This document shows, one piece after another, positions 48,478 to 61,621 of a stretch of 64,000 bases of DNA. The notes under the pieces were generated by a model. That model worked only from the letters and a program-made list of their open reading frames with translations, had not been told where the DNA came from and made no database searches. The stretch spans positions 16,394 through 80,393 of the forward strand of contig NIVC01002159.1 in the NCBI GenBank assembly GCA_002269645.1. The letters are read 5' to 3'. This DNA is from Macrostomum lignano. Its lineage: Eukaryota. A program made the translations under genes and the position numbers. Positions within the stretch are counted from its first letter, which is position 1. The number at the start of each line of letters is the position of its first letter.

Positions 48478-49036
48478 CCATAGTCAGGAAGGTGGCCTCT
48501 GAGGGGGGAAATTCCCGCGCACACAAAGGGTCTCGGCGCACATTGGCGCACAAGCGCGGCGTACACAAGGGGTCCTTGGTGCATTTGGCGCACAATCATG
48601 GTGCACACTGAGGTCCCTAGCGCATGCATTGCATAATTGCAGCGCATAAGGTCCCTGAGATATCCCTGAGATGCATGAAAATGGTAATGCAAATTAACAA
48701 TTTTACGTAAAATAAAGGAGATTTAGATAGTCTAGAAAGTCAATGATAAACTTTTTGATTCTTTAAAATTAACAGTAAATAAAATTAGTATAAATTATCG
48801 CTAAAAACCTCAATTTTGCATTACTCTATTTGTAGGTATAATTTAAGTTTGTTTAAAATGAAAATATATGTAACATTTTAAAAAGGCTTTTCATACAAAG
48901 GCCTTTCTTAAAAAACTCTACTTGTGAAAAGTGGTGCACAGATGACGCATAGACAGCACACAAATATGATAGACGGCGCACAAATTGTCCCAAAAAAAAT
49001 ATTCCGGCACACACTGTGCCACCTTCCTGACTATGG
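48478..49036. mobile_element. 559-bp non-autonomous DNA transposon with perfect ends
   Basis: Perfect 19-bp TIR CCATAGTCAGGAAGGTGGC and perfect 8-bp TSD ATTATATA (48470-48477, 49037-49044). Confidence 0.9.
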
Positions 49037-50799
49037 ATTATATATAGGAGCTGTTCTTGCTTAATAAAATCAACTTTTAGCTGATTCTACTTGCTAGCAT
49101 TTGTCTTGTGAGCAATTTGCTAAGCAATTTTAACTTCTAAACCTTCTCAGAGCTTTGCAAGTTATTCCTTTTTAAGAGTATTTGAAGACAATTTGGAGAA
49201 ACTTACTAAGAGAATAGATTAAGGGAACTATACAAAGGGAATTCAAAAAGAAGTGCCATAACCTCTTTTAGCCCTGTAATAGAGCTTAACCATGAACACT
49301 TGTGTACCATCACCATGATTTACTATAATTTTAAGAGTGGCTTGACATTTCATCAATGCCACAAGCAGCTGTCTGTCACCTTTCCTAACCTAAAAACTTA
49401 TCTAATGCCCCTTGTATGACACTTTTATTACATTTACAAAATCTTTTTTTGAAATTGGCAACTGGTATATAGGGAAAATAAAGTTGCCAGATTGGCCTTT
49501 GATGCCAAGAATCCAGTTGCCAATGAGATTTTCAAGGGGCCAAAAAACCCTGTATAGCCCAAAAAACCTAGATAGTAACTAACTAAATATTAAGCTATTT
49601 TACTTATAACTCATAATGACAATAGAAAGCTATAGGCCTACTCGGTTTGACAAAAAACAACAAGAATTGGACTTGGAATTTGAAAGAACAAGCAAGGGAA
49701 ATAATTAGATTATTTTATCAACTTTAGCTCAAAAGTAGATTTTTTAATTATGTTCGCTTGTTTTTTTCAAGGGGGGCTAGGTTATTTATGCAATATGGAT
49801 ACTATAAAATATCCTGACTGTCTAAATAGCATCCTATAATTGGACCTTAGATGCGATATCGCATCTTGGCGCCCACGAAAAAACCCATTCTCTATCATCC
49901 CATAATGGCATAAATTTCAAAAACGTCTAACTATGCAGAGTAGATTTTCTAATTTTTCGATTTTTTATTTTTATGTTGCAGTTGCTTGGTATAGCTTGCA
50001 CCCCCTAAAACTTTTTCTGTCTGCCGTCTTAATTCCATGGATTCCTAAACTCAATTTATTACTTATTAGTCCTTATGACATTTTTTGTCATTAATTCAAT
50101 TCCAATACTTTATCTTATTCGTTCGGTACGCGCGTTTCAACGAATGAGTAATTTATCAAAATTGAATGACTGCCAAACGTTAACAAACTTTTTGTAATTT
50201 AAACTCTTGAGCAGAGAAAATTCAATGTATATTGTTTTTTTAAGTAAAAAACAAATAGAGCAATAAAGCAAAATAAGAAAAATTCTCTTCTGGCGCTACG
50301 ATGATTAACGAAAGCTAATAAAATTTACTGCCCTTGTTTTTTCAGCCGTAAATACTTTTAACTTGCACGTTTTCAAATACACATATATTATTTAAAGACA
50401 GACACTAAGTTTATTGCTAAGCGATCTGTTCTTACATTTTTTCGTATAAAAGTACAGTCCCGTATTAATTGCTACATGCACGTATACTGTATAGATCTTC
50501 TGTTCAGCAGGAGCAAAAAATTTTTACTAACTACTTTTACTAAGGGTATAGTAGCAGTGAAAGCACGCAATTAAGATCCCCCACTAAAATAGTAAAACAA
50601 CGCCACGATAGATCCAACCCTAGCACGATCACGTGTTTTTGGCTGTCTCTGGAAAAAACTAAAGAAATTATATAGAATCTCATTTCTCCACGTACCATTA
50701 CATAGCATTCCATGATCTGAGCTCTGTATGGTGTGTGAAAATCGAGCATGACACCTCTCTCAGTCTCAGCTGGCATAGCCTGCAGCATCGTCATCTTCA

Positions 50800-53700
50800 T
50801 TAACGCTCTTCATCCCCAACGGGATCAATGGAGTCGGCGGTGAATGCCTTCAAGGCGCATTCGTGCATTGGGGATCGGACTGCTGGCTTTTTCACGCTAA
50901 GAACAGCCTCAGGCAGCTGAGAATGTGTTTATCTCGTCGATGGGGATGGTACGTGCCTTGAAATTTGCAGCATTGGCTCTGCAGCCCGCATTCGAAATTC
51001 TTTCCAAAAATGGCCAACTCGCTCTCGAGAGGATGAAATTGCTGGAAAATAGTCAGTCACAATTATGCGACCCGCATCAGCTAAACGGAGGATGAAATTT
51101 CCTGCTCCTTGATTGCGAATGCGTTCCCCAGTAGGCTTCAATTCCTGATGAAGAAATTTGTTTACAAATAGCACGTTAAACAGCTTTTTTCTTAGTACAT
51201 GAGTAAGACTCTAACTTGCAAGTTACTGGTACATTAAATTAAATGGGCCCTAGAACATCAATAAACAGCCCTATTTTATAATCATCATCAATAAGTTTTA
51301 TTACCCAACCAATACATACCTTTCTATCATTGTCGATATACATGTAGGCTGGATTAGTAATCCATTCTATTCCTTCATCCATGGTGTTGGCTAGATTAGC
51401 AATCCATTCTATTCCTTCATCCATGATGTTGGCTAGATTAGAAATCCATTCTATTCCTTCATCCATGATGTTGGCTAGATTAGCAATCCATTCTATTCCT
51501 TCATCTGTGATGTTGAATAGATTAGCAATCCATTCTATTCCTTCATCCGTGATGTTGGCTAGATTAGCAATCCATTCTATTCCTTCATCCATGATGTTGA
51601 ATAGATTAGCAATCCATTCTATTCCTTCATCCATGATGTTGGCTGGATTAGCAATCCATTCTATTCCTTCATCCATGATGTTGGCTAGATTAGCAATCCA
51701 TTCTATTCCTTCATCCGTGATGTTGGATAGATAAGCAATCTATTCTATTCCTTCATCCGTGATGTTGGATAGATAAGCAATCCATTGTATTCCTTCATCC
51801 ATGATGTTGAATAGATTAGCAATCCATTCTATTCCTTCATCCGTGATGTTGGCTAGATTAGCAATCCATTCTATTCCTTCATCAGTGATGTTGGCTAGAT
51901 TAGCAATCCATTCTAATCCTTCATCAGTGATGATGGCTAGATTAGCAATCCATTCTATTCCTTCATCCATGATGTTGGCTAGATTAGCAATCCATTCTAT
52001 TCCTTCATCCGTGATGTTGGCTAGATTAGCAATCCATTCTATTCCTTCATCCATGATGTTGGCTAGATTAGCAATCCATTCTATTCCTTCATCAGTGATG
52101 TTGGCTAGATTAGCAATCCATTCTATTCCTTCATCCATGATGTTGGCTAGATTAGCAATCCATTCTGTTCCTTCATCCATGATGTTGGCTGGATTAGCAA
52201 TCCATTCTATTCCTTCATCCATGATGTTGGCTAGATTAGCAATCCATTCTATTCCTTCATCCATGATGTTGGCTGGATTAGCAATCCATTCTATTCCTTC
52301 ATCCATGATGTTGGCTAGATTAGCAATCCATTCTATTCCTTCATCCATGATGTTGGCTGGATTAGCAATCCATTCTATTCCTTCATCCATGATGTTGGCT
52401 AGATTAGCAATCCATTCTATTCCTTCATCCACGATGTTGGCTGGATTAGCAATCCATTCTATTCCTTCATCCATGATGTTGGCTAGATTAGCAATCCATT
52501 CTATTCCTTCATCCATGATGTTGGCTAGATTAGCAAGCCATTGCAAGAAGTGCGCCATCCCCTCCACTCAGTCGCATATAATTTATGCCCAATGCACGGG
52601 AATAAAAAATCATGCACAAGTTGGAATTATAAAAACCCCAGGTGTGAATAATTGAGCAGTGCAGCCACTCTCTGGCGCTCGCGCAGCTTGACTTATAGCA
52701 AGGCCGTGGCACAGGGCTGCATGGAAACTAATGTATTCACACTTCAGTCGCTGAGCTGGATTATTCCCTTCGCTCATTCTCCTCAGAATCTCGGCTCAGA
52801 AGCCAAACACGCGAGACGGGAACTTCTTTTCTGCTGTTCCCGAAAAAAACTTCTCCATCATGAAACCAGAGACAACGCAAAAAGTTCTCACGCCGCTAAG
52901 GCCCAGGCTGCCTGGGCTGCGGATCCCCTCAGAACCAAAGCGGATTGCCCGAGGCCTGCAGAAATAAAAGTGTAGAATTGAAAAATACTCAATAGGAAAT
53001 TTTGCACTATTATTGAATTTTTCTTGTTTGAACCTCTTTCTGAAGAGTCTTTGACCATCGCCTTTAATTAAGAACCCGGCTCGGTGCGCACCCCCCCCCC
53101 CTGCAGGCTCGCTTTTGTCTGATCAAAAGAATCTTTTCTTTTCGGATAAAAACATTGCGGGTTCTGCTTTGTTGCCGTCGTCCAACACTGATGAACTATT
53201 GAGAATTTTGCTTTGAATTATGTTCTGAATGCCCAATATAATTCCTGATTAATTTTAGGATCCTTCCCGCCCCACCTGTCACCGAAAGCAGACCCTTCCC
53301 GCCCCATCTGTTACCGGAAGCAGATCCTTCCCGCCCCACCTGTCACCGGAAGCAGATCCTTCCCGCCCCACTTGTCACCGGAAGCAGATCCTTCCCGCCC
53401 CACTTGTCACCGGAAGCAGATCCTTCCCGCCCCACCTGTCACCGGAAGCAGATCCTTCCCGCCCCACTTGTCACCGGAAGCAGATCCTTCCCGCCCCACT
53501 TGTCACCGGAAGCAGATCCTTCCCGCCCCACTTGTCACCGGAAGCAGATCCTTCCCTCCCACTCGCATGCCCCTAAAATCCCTAAGCCATTAGCTTCAAA
53601 ATCCTTGCAACTGGAAACCGGCCTCATGACGGGGGTAGCGGGGGACACAGGGGGGGGAGGGCAACAAGGGGGGCCGAAAGCGCCTCAACACTCCCTAAAA

Positions 53701-56700
53701 TACCTCGGGCCAAGCAGAGGTAATGAGGCACAAAAAGGCAAGAACGAAGCCAAAACAAGATAGAGTAGAAGCAGCCTCTCCTCCCCTTCTCAGGTGGGGA
53801 AATACGAGAAGCGAAAGACGCGCAAGGGACAGAGAGAGACGGGGGGAGATCGAGGCAGCTCAACCCCTTCGATTACGCAATCGGAAAACCGAGCGAGGAA
53901 CCAACTGTAGTAATCTGGGCTGCTTTTAGGGCCGTACCTGACCGTTCGAACCGCTGAGCAGAGCATTTTGCCTGAGAAGATTTCGGCCACTTACGGGGCG
54001 AGGCCGATGGGGCTGGAGGGAAATGTGATGCTTGAATTGCAACATTCTCCTTCGCTTCGGAATGCTCGCATGAGCAGCTGCAGGACAACTGGCAGTCCCT
54101 ATGCTCAACTCATCAAGGGGATTAAATGCTTTCTAAGCCACTCAAAATGTTTCAATTTTTTGTGATTGATGCTCAGAACAAATTGTTATCTTTTCAACTG
54201 ACAAAAAGAGTTGAATGCAAAACAATGCATTTAGCGAACTCAAACTTGCCTGTTGCTGAGCAGATTTTATTAGCTTGCGCGGTCGCGTGAACGCCACAAT
54301 TTGCTGAGAAATGATCTCAGCTGCACAGCTCAACACAGATCTGAGTCGCTTGATAACGAAGAGTTTAGTTAAACTCTGTCAGCCTGCGGCAGTTGCGTGA
54401 CTTCCGAAAGCTTTGCATGACCGCGGAAATTTGGCCAATTACCTGGTGACTGGAGGAAATTTGGCCGATGCAGCTCGCAACACACTTTGATTGGCATCGG
54501 CCATTGTTCTGAGAGTTGCCGACCGCTTATTGTTGTACAGCTTCTCACTTGAGCGCCAACGTGAATATTTGGTCTGTCATTGAAACTTTTTATGCTCACG
54601 AATGATAAAGCTAATGGCCAGTTGTTTCTAATCTTGTGCTGTAGCTAATGCCTTATCTGAATGGCTAATGCTGTAATTAATGCTGTAGCTAATGCCTTAT
54701 CTGAATGGCTAATGCTGTAATTAATGCTGTAGCTAATGCCGTATCTGAATGGCTAATACTGTAACTAATTCTGTAGCTAATGCCGTATCTGAATGGCTAA
54801 TGCTGTAACTAATTCTGTAGCTAATGCCGTATCTGAATGGCTAATACTGTAACTAATTCTGTAGCTAATGCCGTATCTGAATGGCTAATATAGATACTGT
54901 AACTAATGCTGTAGCTAATGCCGTATCTGAACGGCTAATACTGTAACTAATGTGGTAGCTAATGCCGTAGCTAATGTGGTAGCTAATGCCGTATCTGAAT
55001 GGCTTATACTGTAGCTAATGCTGTAGCTAATGTGGTAGCTAATGCCGTAGCTAATGCTGTAACTGATGTAATGCTGTAACTAATGTGGTAGCCAATGCCG
55101 TGTCTAACGTCATAGTTGTTGCCATAACTAATACAATGATGCCATGCCTAACGCCATCAATATTAGAGTAGCTAAATATTGAAAATTTTGCGGAGAGGCA
55201 CATTTCTATAAAACACCAGTTGAACATCTTGCTTTGAGTGTTGGAAATTCCACAATTTTACAGATGCGCAATATTTTTGTTTAACTGCTTTAAAAAAAGT
55301 TGCCTCCCAGAGGTGACGGCGTGGGGAGTTTTACTGTGCTAAATTTTATTGCCACCATCACGGCCTGGGAGAGCGGGAGGTCATCGGCTATGATGAAGCT
55401 AGCATCATCCAGCTTCCCATCAGAGGAATTGCCAATACAGAAGTCTCACGGATTCACCTCACTGACCGGACATCAGAGGGTCAGGTTTGCCCCCTGCTTT
55501 GCACTCCAGCGGGTGTTTATCCTGCGATCCTGTCTGCTCCTGTGATCCTGTCTGCTCCTGTGATCCTGTCTGCTCCTGTGATCCTGTCTGCTCCTGCGAT
55601 CCTGTCTGCTCCTGTGATCCTGTCTGCTCCTGTGATCCTGTCTGCTCCTGTGATCCTGTCTGCTCCTGTGATCCTGTCTGCTCCTGTGATCCTGTCTGCT
55701 CCTGTGATCCTGTCTGCTCCTGTGATCCTGTCTGCTCCTGCGATCCTGTCTGCTCCTGCGATCCTGTCTGCTCCTGTGATCCTGTCTGCTCCTGTGATCC
55801 TGTCTGCTCCTGCGATCCTGTCTGCTCCTGTGATCCTGTCTGCTCCTGTGATCCTGTCTGCTCCTGTGATCCTGTCTGCTCCTGTGATCCTGTCTGCTCC
55901 TGTGATCCTGTCTGCTCATGTGATCCTGTCTGCTCCTGTGATCCTGTCTGCTCCTGCGATCCTGTCTGCTCCTGCGATCCTGTCTGCTCCTGTGATCCTG
56001 TCTGCTCCTGTGATCCTGTCTGCTCCTGCGATCCTGTCTGCTCCTGTGATCCTGTCTGCTCCTGTGATCCTGTCTGCTCCTGTGATCCTGTCTGCTCCTG
56101 TGATCCTGTCTGCTCCTGTGATCCTGTCTGCTCCTGTGATCCTGTCTGCTCCTGTGATCCTGTCTGCTCCTGTGATCCTGTCTGCTCCTGTGATCCTGTC
56201 TGCTCCTGTGATCCTGTCTGCTCCTGTGATCCTGTCTGCTCCTGTGATCCTGTCTGCTCCTGTGATCCTGTCTGCTCCTGTGATCCTGTCTGCTCCTGTG
56301 ATCCTGTCTGCTCCTGTGATCCTGTCTGCTCCTGTGATCCTGTCTGCTCCTGCGATCCTGTCTGCTCCTGTGATCCTGTCTGCTCCTGTGATCCTGTCTG
56401 CTCCTGTGATCCTGTCTGCTCCTGTGATCCTGTCTGCTCCTGTGATCCTGTCTGCTCCTGTGATCCTGTCTGCTCCTGTGATCCTGTCTGCTCCTGTGAT
56501 CCTGTCTGCTCCTGTGATCCTGTCTGCTCCTGTGATCCTGTCTGCTCCTGTGATCCTGTCTGCTCCTGTGATCCTGTCTGCTCCTGTGATCCTGTCTGCT
56601 CCTGTGATCCTGTCTGCTCCTGTGATCCTGTCTGCTCCTGTGATCCTGTCTGCTCCTGTGATCCTGTCTGCTCCTGTGATCCTGTCTGCTCTTCCACTGA

Positions 56701-59700
56701 TTACCGCTTCTTGTCTTTTCACTCTTTTGACGGTCCTTTGTTGCGTGTTTGTTCTTTTTGTATGTGTGCTTTGGTCTGTGCCTGTACATTTGTGTCTCCC
56801 TGTCTCTCTGTTTGTGTCTGTGCCTGTACGTTTGTGTCTCCCTGTCTCTCTGTTTGTGTCTGTGCCTGTACCTTTGTGTCTCCCTGTCTCGCTGTTTGTG
56901 TCTGTGCCTGTACGTTTGTGTCTCCCTGTCTCTCTGTTTGTGTCTGTGCCTGTACGTTTGTGTCTCCCTGTCTCTCTGTTTGTGTCTCTATGTTTTCATG
57001 TTTGTGTTCTGTGTCTTCGTATCTGCATCTCTCTGTCTTCGTGCTTGTCTGTGCGTCTTTGTGTCTAATTCCACAATGTCTTTCTTGTGAGTCACTCGGC
57101 CTGGGTAGCGATGAAGCACTAAGAGGCCCAGATTCCCACCGAATAACACTCCCCCTATCACAATTTTGGTTTAAATATTCATAGCTGCATCTGATGCTGT
57201 CTCTCTAACCGTGGCTAAAAAATAAGAAATGCCTGAGTGAGTTTGAGCACCTCCGCCAGACACCACCGCTCAGCGCCACCTCCCCGGCTGTGGGGGTGGC
57301 GGGTGAAAAAAAGCCGCCACCCTGCAGCACCCGCTGGCCGCTTGCCCGCCTGCCCACAGTTGCCGCAATTCAGTGCCGGCGACTACCTAATTAATATTTA
57401 ATTAGCTGCCGCCACCAAGCGGCGCAAAAGTTTTCTACAGCTTTTGTGGATGGGAAATTAGTTGGGGGACGCTGGGAAGCTTCATCATTTCTGGGAGATT
57501 ATTAATGCAGGGCTGGCCCGGCAATGCAGCTCCGTAGCGTGTGAAACGCGGTTTTTCCAGGCAAGTGTTTTTATTATCTCTCAATTGGCCTATCAACTAT
57601 TATTAATGGCCAGGTGCCGCTATTGTATACCCTAATTAGTGAGGCTGGATGCAATAAAATTTTAACACCACTGCAGCCAGGTCGGTTTGCGACTAATAGC
57701 GGGAATTTTCATGCTTTTCAATAATGGAATGGATTGCTAATCCAGCCAATATCACGAAGGAAGGAACAGGATGGATTGATAATCTAGCCAACATCACGGA
57801 TGAAGGAATAGAATGGATTGCTAATCTAGCCAACATCACGGATGAAGGAATAGAATGGATTGCTAATCTAGCCATCATCACGGATGAAGGAATAGAATGG
57901 ATTGCTAATCTAGCCAACATCACGGATGAAGGAATAGAATGGATTGTTAATCTATTCAACATCACGGATGAAGGAATAGAATGGATTGCTAATCTATTCA
58001 ACATTACGGATGAAGGAATAGAATGGATTGCTAATCTATTCAACATCACGGATGAAGGAATAGAATGGATTGTTAATCTATTCAACATTACGGATGAAGG
58101 AATAGAATGGATTGCTAATCTATTCAACATTACGGATGAAGGAATAGAATGGATTGCTAATCTATTCAACATCACGGATGAAGGAATAGAATGGATTGCT
58201 AATCTATTCAACATCACGGATGAAGGAATAGAATGGATTGCTAATCTAGCCAACATTACGGATGAAGGAATAGAATGGATTGTTAATCTATTCAACATTA
58301 CGGATGAAGGAATAGAATGGATTGTTAATCTATTCAACATTACGGATGAAGGAATAGAATGGATTGCTAATCTATTCAACATTACGGATGAAGGAACAGA
58401 ATGGATTGCTAATCCAGCCATCATCACGGATGAAGGAATAGAATGGATTGCTAATCTAGCCATCATCACGGATGAAGGAACAGGATGGATTGCTAATCTA
58501 GCCAACATCACGGATGAAGGAATACAATGGATTGCTAATCTATCCAACATCACGGATGAAGGAATAGAATGGATTGCTAATCTATTCAACATCACGGATG
58601 AAGGAATAGAATGGATTGCTAATCTATTCAACATCACGGATGAAGGAATAGAATGGATTGCTAATCTAGCCATCATCACGGATGAAGGAACGGGATGGAT
58701 TGCTAATCTAGCCAACATCACGGATGAAGGAATACAATGGATTGCTAATCTATCCAACATCACGGATGAAGGAATAGAATGGATTGCTAATCTATTCAAC
58801 ATCACGGATGAAGGAATAGAATGGATTGCTAATCTATTCAACATCACGGATGAAGGAATAGAATGGATTGCTAATCTAGCCAACATTACGGATGAAGGAA
58901 TAGAATGGATTGTTAATCTATTCAACATTACGGATGAAGGAATAGAATGGATTGTTAATCTATTCAACATTACGGATGAAGGAATAGAATGGATTGCTAA
59001 TCTATTCAACATTACGGATGAAGGAATAGAATGGATTGCTAATCTATTCAACATCACGGATGAAGGAATAGAATGGATTGTTAATCTATTCAACATTACG
59101 GATGAAGGAATAGAATGGATTGCTAATCTATTCAACATTACGGATGAAGGAACAGAATGGATTGCTAATCTAGCCATCATCACGGATGAAGGAATAGAAT
59201 GGATTGCTAATCTAGCCATCATCACGGATGAAGGAACAGGATGGATTGCTAATCTAGCCAACATCACGGATGAAGGAATACAATGGATTGCTAATCTATC
59301 CAACATCACGGATGAAGGAATAGAATGGATTGCTAATCTATTCAACATCACGGATGAAGGAATAGAATGGATTGCTAATCTATTCAACATCACGGATGAA
59401 GGAATAGAATGGATTGCTAATCTAGCCAACATTACGGATGAAGGAATAGAATGGATTGTTAATCTATTCAACATTACGGATGAAGGAATAGAATGGATTG
59501 TTAATCTATTCAACATTACGGATGAAGGAATAGAATGGATTGCTAATCTATTCAACATTACGGATGAAGGAACAGAATGGATTGCTAATCTAGCCATCAT
59601 CACGGATGAAGGAATAGAATGGATTGCTAATCTAGCCATCATCACGGATGAAGGAACAGGATGGATTGCTAATCTAGCCATCATCACGGATGAAGGAATA

Positions 59701-61621
59701 CAATGGATTGCTAATCTATCCAACATCACGGATGAAGGAATAGAATGGATCGCTAATCTATTCAACATCACGGATGAAGGAATAGAATGGATTGCTAATC
59801 TATTCAACATCACGGATGAAGGAATAGAATGGATTGCTGATCTATTCAACATTACGGATGAAGGAACAGAATGGATTGCTAATCTAGCCATCATCACGGA
59901 TGAAGGAATACAATGGATTGCTAATCTATCCAACATCACGGATGAAGGAATAGAATGGATCGCTAATCTATTCAACATCACGGATGAAGGAATAGAATGG
60001 ATTGCTAATCTATTCAACATCACGGATGAAGGAATAGAATGGATTGCTAATCTATCCATCAATAATTTAGTTGAAGTCCATACGATAGCTAAATGAATAA
60101 ATCGAATAAAATGATTATCTAGAATAAAAGAACCAGCTGTAAATGTGCCTCTAATCCATGCAACAATCAGGGAAAAGTCTGATCAGCTGTAAACAATGCA
60201 GGGTGCTCCATTTCCGGCCCAAGCAAAGTTGCTGCTGCTGCTGTTGTCTTCACTTCACTTCAATCGACAGAAAATTTGAGCAGACAGCTCCCTGCCGTGT
60301 CCTTTTCTTGAGCAGGAATTTTAAGCAGGACTCTCCGCTTATTGCTCCCGCTAAGACTTCTCTAGAGAGATGAAGACAGTTAAGAAGGCTAACGTGATAG
60401 CTGAGTCTGAGACTTTGCATTGCCAGGAGCTTCAGCAAGTCAGGACTCGGGCCTTCGCCGCTGAGCAGCACTTTGGCTGGCAATCGAACTCGACAGCCTG
60501 GGGGAGTGAGCGGGAGGTGGGGGTTCGGCAAAAGTTCCCGATTTTGATTACAGTCATTTGAGCCATTGACTGACATGATTAACGAATAGTGGTAGATTTT
60601 CAGAGTGACACTAACAGAGTGACAGTAACAGAGTGACAGTAACAGAGTGACAGTAACAGAGTGACAGTAACAGAGTGACAGTAACAGAGTGACAGTAACA
60701 GAGTGACAGTAACAGAGTGACAGTAACAGAGTGACAGTAACAGAGTGACAGTAACAGAGTGACAGTAACAGAGTGACAGTAACAGAGTGACAGTAACAGA
60801 GTGACAGTAACAGAGTGACAGTAACAGAGTGACAGTAACAGAGTGACAGTAACAGAGTGACAGTAACAGAGTGACAGTAACAGAGTGACAGTAACAGAGT
60901 GACATTAACAGAGTGACAGTAACAGAGTGACAGTAACAGAATGACAGTAACAGAGTGACAGTAACAGAGTGACAGTAACAGAGTGACAGTAACAGAGTGA
61001 CAATGACAGAGTGACGGAATGATCAAGTGACAGAATGACCGAGGGACAGAATGACCGAGTGACAGAATGACCGAGTGACAGAATGACGAGTGACAGAATG
61101 ACGAGTGACAGAATGACCGAGTGACAGAATGACCGAGTGACAGAATGACCGAGTGACAGAATGACCGAGTGACAGAATGACGAGTGACAGAATGACCGAG
61201 TGACAGAATGACCGAGTGACAGAATGACCGAGTGACAGAATGACCGAGTGACAGATTGACCAAGAATTTGAGATTCACCCGAGCTGAAATCGGGGCCTTG
61301 CATCAGGTTCGCGGGAGCCAAGAGGATTAACAGCGGAGTGGCAACAGCCAGCTGCTCCAGATGCGCCGCCCAGATTACCGATGGCTCGGGCTAAAGCATC
61401 CCAGATTTCTTGTGGATGTTTTTAGAAGCGGAGAGTCACAGAGACCCGGCAACCGACCGTCTCTGATGGATCGGCGGGTCCCCCCCAGCTTCCCCCAAAT
61501 CTCTCTGCCCCTCTTTGCCTGTCTGTTGCTTTCAGAAGGCTCTCCAAAGAGGACTCTCCCAGAGGAGATGGGCGGCAGCGCAGGCAAACGTGCCGCAACT
61601 GACAATGCGCGCTTCCGGCGG
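50800..61621 (-). CDS. Probable multi-exon gene, partly resolved; product unknown, weakly LRR-like
   Basis: Phase-compatible exon candidates with canonical sites: 61621-61458, 61390-61279, 60497-60259, then 54508-54443, 54375-54250 (GC donor CAG|GCAAGT), 54077-53995 (GTAAGT), 52955-52892, 51144-50953, 50916-50800. The chain is not closed between 60259 and 54508. Confidence 0.35.
51345..52540 (-). repeat. 42-bp minisatellite, copy A (reads IANLANIMDEGIEW on the minus strand)
   Basis: 42-bp period, about 28 copies. Confidence 0.97.
53262..53555. repeat. 32-bp minisatellite (GGAAGCAGATCCTTCCCGCCCCACTTGTCACC)n
   Basis: About 9 copies. Confidence 0.93.
54640..55105. repeat. 44-bp minisatellite built from GCTAAT..GTA subunits
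   Basis: 44-bp period (54732 to 54776), decaying to 12-mers on the right. Confidence 0.85.
55520..56692. repeat. 18-bp minisatellite (GATCCTGTCTGCTCCTGT)n
   Basis: Near-perfect, about 65 copies. Confidence 0.98.
56775..56990. repeat. 42-bp TG/TC-rich repeat, unrelated to the DEGIEW family
   Basis: About 5 copies of TTTGTGTCTCCCTGTCTCTCTGTTTGTGTCTGTGCCTGTACG. Confidence 0.88.
57724..60060 (+). repeat. 42-bp minisatellite, copy B (reads IANLFNITDEGIEW on the plus strand), inverted relative to copy A
   Basis: 42-bp period, about 55 copies, no indels seen. Confidence 0.97.
60600..61260. repeat. Adjacent related arrays: 14-bp (ACAGAGTGACAGTA)n, then 16-bp (ACAGAATGACCGAGTG)n
   Basis: Direct reading; the switch is near 61000-61030. 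Confidence 0.95.

Noticed and set aside
49849-49880. Helitron 3' end
   Set aside because: No CTRR terminus at the expected distance from the hairpin on either strand.
55459-57184. CSCDPV metallothionein-like and SQEQTG repeat proteins
   Set aside because: All six frames are open across the 18-bp array, which marks it as an artefact.
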